DNA of 15,320 nucleotides. Source: Thermovirgaceae bacterium. GTDB lineage: Bacteria > Synergistota > Synergistia > Synergistales > Thermovirgaceae. Each line of letters begins with the position of its first letter. Positions within the stretch are counted from its first letter, which is position 1. The stretch covers positions 1 through 15,320 of the forward strand of contig JBKHBH010000044.1 of assembly GCA_046542505.1 (NCBI GenBank), given 5' to 3'. The notes under the pieces are model-generated. The model had not been told where the DNA came from and ran no database searches. It saw nothing but the letters and a program-made list of their open reading frames with translations. A program made the translations under genes and the position numbers. Below, one piece after another: positions 9,349 through 15,320 of the stretch.

Positions 9349-10683
9349 TCACGCGACCTCCTCGTCTTCCTTGAAAAATTCCATCTCCGGCGCTCCCCCG
9401 CCGAAGACAAAATCCTCGTTCAGGGTCACCCGCGACAGGGTGTCCGCCTGGGAAGGAAGCTCGTACATGAGATCAAGCATGATGGATTCCATGATGGACC
9501 TCAGGCCCCTGGCTCCTGTTTCCCTGACAGCGGCTTTTCTGGCTATGGCCCTGAGAGCATCCTCGGTGACATCCAAAAGAACGCCTTCCATCATGAACGC
9601 CTTCTTGTACTGGCGGATAAGGGCATTCCGGGGCTCCGTGAGAATACGGACCAGAGCATCTTCATCGAGACCCTCCAGGGCTGCGGTCACGGGAAGTCTG
9701 CCGATGAATTCAGGTATGAATCCGAAAGTCATGAGGTCATCAGGCTGGACTTCCTTCAAAAGGGCCGTTTTCTGTCGTTTCCCTTCCTCGATGATTCCTC
9801 CCCCGAAACCGATCGTCTTCTTGTTCACCCGCCTGGCTATGACGTTCTCAAGGCCGTCAAAGGCTCCTCCGCAGATAAACAGGATATTCTTCGTGTTGAT
9901 CTGGATAAACTCCTGGTACGGGTGTTTTCTGCCTCCCTTGGGCGGGATGTTTGCCACGGTCCCTTCAATGATCCTGAGGAGAGCCTGCTGGACACCTTCG
10001 CCCGATACATCCCTGGTTATCGATGTGGATTCAGATTTCCTCGCTATCTTGTCGATTTCATCGACGTAGATGATCCCCTTTTCAGCTCGCTCAACATCGT
10101 AGTCGGCAGCCTGGAGAAGCCGGACGAGGATATTTTCCACATCCTCCCCGACATACCCTGCTTCGGTAAGAGTCGTCGCATCGGCGATGGCAAAGGGGAC
10201 CTTGAGCTGTTTCGCAAGGGTCTCTGCTATAAGCGTTTTCCCGGAACCGGTCGGGCCGATAAGCAGGATGTTGCTCTTCTGCATTTCAGCGTCGGTCCCG
10301 TCTTCAATGGCTTCCACTTCTTCTCTCAGCCTCATGTAATGATTGTAAACGGCGACGGACATGACCTTTTTCGCATGTTCCTGTCCGATAACGTACTGGT
10401 CCAGAAAAGCCTTTATTTCCTTTGGCCTGGGCGGATTCTCGATAACATCCTGGATTTCCTCCAGACCGGAAGACCCTGTGTCGGTTTCTCCAGCCTCTTG
10501 CAGGGCGAGGGACCCGGTCTTCGAAAAGGAATCCTCATTCTCCTGAAGAATCAGATTGCACAGATTGACGCATTCGTTGCATATATACACGCCAGGGCCC
10601 GCAATCAGCTTCAGGACTTCATCCTGGCTTTTCCCGCAGAATGAACACCGGGCATCCCGGTACTCGTCACCTGAATACGACAT
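9349..10683 (-). CDS. clpX: ATP-dependent Clp protease ATP-binding subunit ClpX
   Basis: C4 zinc domain (CSFC...CNEC), [12 protein letters not shown] pore loop, DEIDK, GGRKHP and IGF loop. Start ATG 10683 after GAAAGGA. Confidence 0.98.
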   Translation of the reverse strand: MSYSGDEYRDARCSFCGKSQDEVLKLIAGPGVYICNECVNLCNLILQENEDSFSKTGSLALQEAGETDTGSSGLEEIQDVIENPPRPKEIKAFLDQYVIGQEHAKKVMSVAVYNHYMRLREEVEAIEDGTDAEMQKSNILLIGPTGSGKTLIAETLAKQLKVPFAIADATTLTEAGYVGEDVENILVRLLQAADYDVERAEKGIIYVDEIDKIARKSESTSITRDVSGEGVQQALLRIIEGTVANIPPKGGRKHPYQEFIQINTKNILFICGGAFDGLENVIARRVNKKTIGFGGGIIEEGKRQKTALLKEVQPDDLMTFGFIPEFIGRLPVTAALEGLDEDALVRILTEPRNALIRQYKKAFMMEGVLLDVTEDALRAIARKAAVRETGARGLRSIMESIMLDLMYELPSQADTLSRVTLNEDFVFGGGAPEMEFFKEDEEVA

Positions 10684-10808
10684 GCAGGACATCCTTTCAT
10701 AAAGAGTTTTCCGGCCGGCTGACCGTTGTTTCGGTCCTCAAGGCACCGGCCGGTTTGCTTTGTATCCGTTCAGAGACTTCCGGCGTTTTTCCGGAAGGAA
10801 AATGCTGA

Positions 10809-11390
10809 CTAACGTTTCTCTATGACCTTGTCCACTATTCCGTACTCTACACCTTCCTCCGCAGACATGAAAAAATCCCTGTCGGTATCCTTCTCTATGC
10901 GTTCGCGAGGCTGCTTCGTGTGATGAGTCAGGATATCGTGGAGACGTTCTTTCATTCGCATGATCTCCTTGGCGTGAATCTGGATGTCCGCCGCCTGGCC
11001 CTGTGTCCCTCCAAGAGGCTGATGCAGCATGATCCTGGCACTTGGAAGGGCAACACGTTTCCCGTCGCTCCCACCGGCGAGCAGGACGGCCGCCATGCTC
11101 GCCGCCTGGCCGACACATATTGTTGCTACAGGGCACTTTATGTACTGCATGGTGTCATAAATCGCCAGTCCTGAGGTGATGACACCACCCGGGCTGTTGA
11201 TATAGACGTGTACATCCTTTTCAGGATCCTCACTTTCCAGGAAAAGCATCTGTGCTACAACGAGATTGGCAAGGTGATCGTCTATCGCCTCTCCGATGAA
11301 AATAATCCTGTCCTTGAGCAGCCGGCTGTAAATGTCATAAGCACGTTCCCCCCGACCGGTCTGCTCTATGACCATAGGAACAAGCATCAT
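10809..11390 (-). CDS. clpP: ATP-dependent Clp protease proteolytic subunit ClpP
   Basis: [18 protein letters not shown], catalytic Ser in GQAASM, His in MLHQP, Asp in DRDFFM. ATGA overlap with the tig stop. Confidence 0.98.
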   Translation of the reverse strand: MMLVPMVIEQTGRGERAYDIYSRLLKDRIIFIGEAIDDHLANLVVAQMLFLESEDPEKDVHVYINSPGGVITSGLAIYDTMQYIKCPVATICVGQAASMAAVLLAGGSDGKRVALPSARIMLHQPLGGTQGQAADIQIHAKEIMRMKERLHDILTHHTKQPRERIEKDTDRDFFMSAEEGVEYGIVDKVIEKR

Positions 11391-12748
11391 GACTCACTCT
11401 CCCCATCATCTCTTTTAATGTCTTCTGTTTCCTCCGATTCTTCCGAAATCTCTTTATCGGTGACCTGGACGGACTCGAAAAGGCGGTCTACGGTTTTTCT
11501 GTAGCGGATCTTGCCAAAAAGCTGACCAAGGCGGTCCTTGTCGTTTGCCAGCATTTGCTGGACCTTTTCGGCTTCAACACCAACGGACTGTGCCAGCTCC
11601 TGTATTTCCTGCTGGAGATCCTGCTGTTCCACCTGTATTTTTTCCATATCTGCGAAAGATTCCAGAACCAAAGAGCGTTTAACAAGGTTCTCGGCATGCT
11701 GTCGCAATTCCTTTTCATGTTCTTCCTCGTTGATGCCGATGTCCTTGAAATATTCCTCTCGGGATTTGCCCGTCTGCTGCTGTATTCGCTGCTCTTCATC
11801 CTTTTTGATGCTCTCCATCTGTCTTTCAATAAGCTTCTCGGGGACTTCCACTGAAGAAGCATCACAAAGCTTGGCCACCGCTTCTTCTTTGCTGTTCTCA
11901 AGGCTTTCTGACTCGAATCTCGCCTCAAGCGCCTCGCGGACCTTCTGCCTGAAGGCTTCCTCCGTTCCGACTTCCTCGCCGAATACCTTCGAGTAGAGTT
12001 CCGGGCCAGGCTCGGGAAGCCTTTTTTCCATTATCGAGAGAATTTTCAGGTCATATCGGACGGTCTCGGCAGGTTTTTCCGGGTCTTCCGGGTCTTCAAG
12101 AGATATCTCCACCGTGGCAGCATCTCCCACGTTTTTACCGATCAACGCCTCCCGAAACTCTTCCCTGACATTGCCTTCCGAAAGATCAATGTCCGTTTTA
12201 CGCGATTCCTGCGTCTCGTCGGACTCTTCACCCGGAATATATTCCACCTGAACGACGTCCTGCTCACCGACAGGTCTTTCGGCCACGGGTTCCTTTTCGG
12301 CAAAGGACTGGCGAACCTGGTCTATTGCCTCATCGACCATCTCGTCATTCACATCGACGACGCGTTTTTTCACCTCGAGTTCCGTGACGTCACCCAGTTC
12401 AACCTCGGGACGCGTCTCAAAGGTAAAGGTCATCACCAAAGGTTCATTGTCCTCAAGAGTCTCTATATCCACTTTCGGACGGTCGATAAGCTCGAGTTCG
12501 TATTCTTCCACCAGCGTATCAATCGTCTTCGGAAGCATTTTTTCAAGGGCCTCCGACTGTATCGCCTCCCTGCCGAGATGCAACTCCAGTATGTTTCTCG
12601 GCACCTTTCCCTTCCGGAACCCCTTTATGTCTACTTTTTCCCTCAATTCCGCAATTGCCTCTTCCACGGACTGCCTGAATTCCCCTTCAGGCACTTCCGC
12701 CTTGATCTTCACAATGTTGTTTTCCTGAGAAACAATTTCCGAACGCAC
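11387..12748 (-). CDS. tig: Trigger factor
   Basis: Ribosome-binding signature GFRKGKVP, tig-clpP-clpX synteny. Start reassigned to GTG 12748, 10 nt after GGAGGGAG (12766-12759), giving 453 aa. Confidence 0.95.
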   Translation of the reverse strand: MRSEIVSQENNIVKIKAEVPEGEFRQSVEEAIAELREKVDIKGFRKGKVPRNILELHLGREAIQSEALEKMLPKTIDTLVEEYELELIDRPKVDIETLEDNEPLVMTFTFETRPEVELGDVTELEVKKRVVDVNDEMVDEAIDQVRQSFAEKEPVAERPVGEQDVVQVEYIPGEESDETQESRKTDIDLSEGNVREEFREALIGKNVGDAATVEISLEDPEDPEKPAETVRYDLKILSIMEKRLPEPGPELYSKVFGEEVGTEEAFRQKVREALEARFESESLENSKEEAVAKLCDASSVEVPEKLIERQMESIKKDEEQRIQQQTGKSREEYFKDIGINEEEHEKELRQHAENLVKRSLVLESFADMEKIQVEQQDLQQEIQELAQSVGVEAEKVQQMLANDKDRLGQLFGKIRYRKTVDRLFESVQVTDKEISEESEETEDIKRDDGESES

Positions 12749-12849
12749 AATGCGACAACTCCCTCCGAGCCTCGTTTTCCTTTCTTCGAGGATATCATCC
12801 ATTCCGAAGAAGGTATCTTCAGTAGCCTTCTTTCCCGGCAAACTCCAAA

Positions 12850-12877
12850 ATACTAGCATAAGGTGCAAAAAGGTCAA
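12850..12877 (-). promoter_or_regulatory. Putative sigma70 promoter of the tig-clpP-clpX-lon operon
   Basis: TTGACC (12877-12872), 16-nt spacer ending TGc, TAGTAT (12855-12850), i.e. an extended -10. Confidence 0.6.
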
Positions 12878-12878
12878 A
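12862..12878. promoter_or_regulatory. CtsR-like heptad direct repeat overlapping the -35
   Basis: Plus strand GGTGCAA-AAA-GGTCAAA versus CtsR consensus RGTCAAA-NAN-RGTCAAA. One perfect heptad, one with 2 mismatches. Confidence 0.4.
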
Positions 12879-12937
12879 CCAGTTCCGAGTGACGATTTGC
12901 CCCTGCAGGCAAGAGGAGACTCCCCTTACACAACAGT

Positions 12938-12969
12938 ATACCCCCCGCGCCATTGAAGTCGGGGGGTAT
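12938..12969 (-). terminator. GC-rich hairpin downstream of tRNA-Leu; possible weak terminator or processing stem
   Basis: Perfect 10-bp inverted repeat ATACCCCCCG / CGGGGGGTAT with 12-nt loop, followed only by ACTGTTGTGT (poor U tract). Confidence 0.4.
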
Positions 12970-13009
12970 CGGTAATTTCTTCAGCAGGCGCCAGCCTCCT
13001 GGATCACGC

Positions 13010-13096
13010 TGGTGCGAGAGAGGGGATTCGAACCCCTAAAGCCTTGCGGCTACTGGATTCTAAGTCCAGCGCGTATGCCAGTTCCGCCACTCTCGC
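13010..13096 (-). tRNA. tRNA-Leu (TAG)
   Basis: 87 nt, anticodon arm CTGGA-CTTAGAA-TCCAG, long variable arm, GGTTCGAATCC, encoded CCA. Confidence 0.97.
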
Positions 13097-13108
13097 CTTG
13101 GGGAAAGA

Positions 13109-13184
13109 TGGTGGGTCATACAGGAATCGAACCTGTAACCCCCTGATTAAGAGTCAGGTGCTCTGCCAGTTGAGCTAATGACCC
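13109..13184 (-). tRNA. tRNA-Lys (CTT), copy with T4-A69
   Basis: 76 nt, CCTGA-CTCTTAA-TCAGG, acceptor GGGTCAT/ATGACCC, encoded CCA. Confidence 0.97.
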
Positions 13185-13223
13185 ACGTCTTTTTCCGTAC
13201 CGTCGGGCGGAGGAGACTGTTCT

Positions 13224-13299
13224 TGGTGGGCCATACAGGAATCGAACCTGTAACCCCCTGATTAAGAGTCAGGTGCTCTGCCAGTTGAGCTAATGGCCC
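13224..13299 (-). tRNA. tRNA-Lys (CTT), copy with C4-G69
   Basis: 76 nt, CCTGA-CTCTTAA-TCAGG, acceptor GGGCCAT/ATGGCCC, encoded CCA. Confidence 0.97.
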
Positions 13300-13341
13300 A
13301 CATCCTCTTGCCTCTTTGCCGCACGGCCTCTCACGATATTC

Positions 13342-13417
13342 TGGCGCGCCCGGCAGGATTTGAACCCGCGACCAACGGATCCGAAGTCCGCCGCTCTGTC
13401 CACTGAGCTACGGGCGC
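13342..13417 (-). tRNA. tRNA-Arg (TCG)
   Basis: 76 nt, GCGGA-CTTCGGA-TCCGT, A20 arginine identity element in D-loop AGTGGACA, encoded CCA. Confidence 0.96.
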
Positions 13418-13426
13418 GAGTGGAAA

Positions 13427-13504
13427 TGGGGTGAGCGAGGGGACTTGAACCCCCAGCCTCTGGAGCCACAGTCCAGCGCTCTAACCGGTTGAGCTACGCC
13501 CACC
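13427..13504 (-). tRNA. tRNA-His (GTG), G-1 genomically encoded
   Basis: CTGGA-CTGTGGC-TCCAG, C73 discriminator, G at -1 (13504), encoded CCA. Confidence 0.97.
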
Positions 13505-13541
13505 ATCTATACGGCCCTTTTCATGGGGATCGATTGTTGTC

Positions 13542-13618
<77 letters not shown>

Positions 13619-13631
13619 GCTCACCGGAAAC

Positions 13632-13707
13632 TGGAGCGGGAAACGGGATTCGAACCCGCGACCTACGGCTTGGAAGGCCGTCGCTCTGCCAACTGAGCTA
13701 TTCCCGC
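13632..13707 (-). tRNA. tRNA-Gly (TCC)
   Basis: 76 nt, ACGGC-CTTCCAA-GCCGT, U73 discriminator, encoded CCA. Confidence 0.97.
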
Positions 13708-13726
13708 ACGTTTTGCTTCATTTCAT

Positions 13727-13804
13727 TGGTCGGGGCGAAAGGATTCGAACCTTCGACCCCCTGCTCCCAAAGCAGGTGCGCTAACCAGACTGCGCTACGC
13801 CCCG
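13727..13804 (-). tRNA. tRNA-Pro (TGG)
   Basis: 78 nt, C1-G72, CCTGC-TTTGGGA-GCAGG, encoded CCA. Confidence 0.97.
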
Positions 13805-13844
13805 ATATTCTATATAAAAATGTCCTCAGGGACAAGCAGGAACC

Positions 13845-13919
13845 TGGTGGAGCTGGGGGGACTCGAACCCCCGGCCTCTTCCGTGCGAAGGAAGCGCGCT
13901 CCCTCTGCGCTACAGCCCC
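13845..13919 (-). tRNA. tRNA-Ala (CGC)
   Basis: 75 nt, G3:U70 identity pair (GGGGCTG/CAGCTCC), CTTCC-TTCGCAC-GGAAG, encoded CCA. Confidence 0.97.
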
Positions 13920-13939
13920 TTTTCCGAGTGACGGCGACA

Positions 13940-13968
13940 ATTCTAGATTCGTAACTGAACCTTGTCAA
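13940..13968 (-). promoter_or_regulatory. Near-consensus sigma70 promoter of the tRNA operon
   Basis: TTGACA (13968-13963), 17 nt, TAGAAT (13945-13940), then GC-rich TGTCGCCG. Predicted +1 near 13933, ~14 nt before tRNA-Ala. Confidence 0.85.
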
Positions 13969-14040
13969 GACAATATGTGCGAAAATCGTTCTTTTCGCGG
14001 AAATGGCAAAATATTCCGCGATTTCGCGACGGGTCTTCTT

Positions 14041-14071
14041 TTGGCAGTCGCACCTCTCTTTCCTGTACAAT
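14041..14071 (+). promoter_or_regulatory. Possible sigma70 promoter for the NFACT/RqcH gene
   Basis: TTGGCA (14041-14046) and TACAAT (14066-14071); the spacer is 19 nt, which is suboptimal. Confidence 0.35.
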
Positions 14072-14105
14072 GTTTTCGGCACGCTTCCAAAGGGGGAAAC
14101 GAGGC

Positions 14106-15320
14106 ATGGCTATCGGTCCTGAAATGGTCTGGGCCTGGAGCAGGGAAATTTCAGCACAGTTGACGGGTAGGCGCTGTACGGGCATTGAAACCGGATCAGC
14201 CTGGGCAGCCTTGTCTTTCACTGCGGGCTTCGGAATTCTCTGCTCGCTGCATCATGGCCACTACGGTTGCTGTCGCGTCAGAAAAGGCGACCTCGCGACA
14301 CTGCAGGAAACAGGCGGGAAAATGCCCCGTTTTGAAGAAATGCTCAAAAAACATGTCGCAGGCGCTAAACTGGCTACCGCTGAACAGACAGGCTTTGACA
14401 GGGTTTTGAAACTTGTCTTCGAAAGGGTGATCGGTGCAGGCTTCGTTCAACAATTCAACGTCATTTTCGAGTTTATGGCACACCGAAGCAATCTTTTTAT
14501 TACCGACGAAAACGGCCGAATCCTCGAAGTCCTCCGCCCCGTCCATCCTGAAAAACAGCATTCGAGAACCGCCATACCCGGCGCTTTATACTCGCCCCCT
14601 TCACCTGTATCGGTCAAAACCATACGGGAATTCCTTGAGGATCCTGCCTTCGACAGGCCGGTGGCAGGTTTCGGAAGGGATCTTTCGGCGGCTTTGAAAG
14701 AGGCCGCTGATAAATGGCCTGAGGATGTTTTGCAAAAGGGCGTGTCTGCTTTCCTCGGCAATTCTACGGAGGACATGCGCTTCCAGTGGCTGAAAAAGAC
14801 GTTGACTCTTTTCCCCTTTCTCCTGCCGGGGGCCACACCCTTTCCGGCCGACAACGCTCTCGATGCCGCCAGGGATGCTGTGCTTGTCCCTCTTCTGACT
14901 GACGAAACCGAGGGGTTGAAAAAGCAGGTTCTGCGTATTCTTCGAAAAGATCTGAAAGACACCAGGGCAAAACTGAAAGGGCTAAAGACCCGCAAACAGC
15001 AGGCAGCAGAAGCCTGGAAATGGAAGCGGGCAGGTAAATTGCTCCTCGCCTGGCAGCACAGCGTGCCGAAAAGGGCCCGTGAAGTCGAGTTGACGGACTG
15101 GGAAAAAGATCCGCCGGAGCCCGTGAAAATCACACTGGATCCCGATCTTTCGCCCGTGGAAAACGCCCGGGCATATTTCCGGCGGTTCAAGAAAAAGAAA
15201 ATTCCGGCCGTCTCCCTGGAAAAGGAAATCAAGAGCCTGGAGAAACGGGAAAAATCCTTTCGAAACATGATTGCAGAAGCGGAAAATATCAGCAGTCTTC
15301 ATACCCTTCGCAGTTTTGGC
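14106..15320 (+). CDS. rqcH: NFACT family protein RqcH/Rqc2 (FbpA/PavA-like), 3' end outside window (405 codons visible)
   Basis: Hand translation from ATG 14106 (AGGGGG at 14091-14096) is open to the window end. Shows MLKKHVAGAKL..EQTGFDRVLKL, IFEFMAHRSNLFITDENGRILE, PGALYSPP, coiled coil, ITLDPDLSPVENARAYFRRFKK, all recognisable NFACT-N and middle-domain motifs. Missing from the ORF track because it has no stop in the window. Confidence 0.9.
   Translation, partial: MAIGPEMVWAWSREISAQLTGRRCTGIETGSAWAALSFTAGFGILCSLHHGHYGCCRVRKGDLATLQETGGKMPRFEEMLKKHVAGAKLATAEQTGFDRVLKLVFERVIGAGFVQQFNVIFEFMAHRSNLFITDENGRILEVLRPVHPEKQHSRTAIPGALYSPPSPVSVKTIREFLEDPAFDRPVAGFGRDLSAALKEAADKWPEDVLQKGVSAFLGNSTEDMRFQWLKKTLTLFPFLLPGATPFPADNALDAARDAVLVPLLTDETEGLKKQVLRILRKDLKDTRAKLKGLKTRKQQAAEAWKWKRAGKLLLAWQHSVPKRAREVELTDWEKDPPEPVKITLDPDLSPVENARAYFRRFKKKKIPAVSLEKEIKSLEKREKSFRNMIAEAENISSLHTLRSFG

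Noticed and set aside
9169..10644. 491-aa plus-strand ORF antisense to clpX/lon
   Set aside because: Shadow frame of highly conserved genes; no recognisable domain or evident RBS. Long antisense ORFs are common opposite such genes.
9348..12877. Extended N-termini in the ORF track for tig (12877), clpX (10692) and lon (9410)
   Set aside because: Downstream starts at 12748, 10683 and 9347 have well-spaced RBSs; the longer starts overlap a promoter, an RBS or the upstream gene.
12938..12969. ATACCCCC...GGGGGTAT as a CsoR/RcnR-type operator
   Set aside because: Half-sites are much further apart than in typical CsoR operators and no metal-homeostasis gene is nearby; an RNA hairpin is simpler.
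12874..13000. AGGAGG 7 nt before a CTG-initiated 37-codon frame (12987-12874, minus)
   Set aside because: Non-canonical start, no motif, and the AGGAGG sits in a CCAG-GAGG-CTGG hairpin just after tRNA-Leu. Would need ribosome profiling.
12878..13009. Possible integration site at the tRNA-Leu 3' end
   Set aside because: No duplicated tRNA 3' end, integrase or foreign-looking DNA; tig follows directly.
13807..13835. TTGTCC-17-TAGAAT promoter-like match in the Ala-Pro spacer (minus)
   Set aside because: The -10 ends 2 nt before tRNA-Pro, so +1 would fall inside the tRNA. Likely chance or vestigial.
14447..15268. 273-aa minus-strand ORF and neighbours at 14196-14561 and 14982-15302
   Set aside because: Antisense to the rqcH frame, which carries clear family motifs.

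Overview
Housekeeping chromosomal window, probably from a Synergistota bacterium (my impression from protein style and gene order; not verified). On the minus strand a near-consensus sigma70 promoter drives a 9-tRNA cluster: Ala-CGC, Pro-TGG, Gly-TCC, Arg-TCT, His-GTG, Arg-TCG, Lys-CTT x2, Leu-TAG. This is followed by a tightly packed ~12.4 kb run tig-clpP-clpX-lon-engB(yihA)-valS-folC-pgeF(yfiH)-Gfo/Idh/MocA oxidoreductase ending at an intrinsic terminator. A separate unit then holds a 70-aa two-helix membrane protein and the first 13 codons of a methylmalonyl-CoA-mutase-type B12-binding subunit. Divergent from the tRNA cluster on the plus strand is an NFACT/RqcH (FbpA-like) gene that runs off the window and is absent from the ORF track. 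I saw no mobile element, CRISPR array or defence system, and I cannot support a clearly novel system. The best leads are modest: rqcH sitting head-to-head with tRNA-Ala and upstream of ClpXP/Lon with an altered anticodon-contact motif, a CtsR-like box over the tig promoter, tRNA-Arg(UCG), a tRNA-Lys duplication with a compensatory pair, a 12-bp repeat bracketing the tRNA cluster, and a degenerate PPIase domain in trigger factor.
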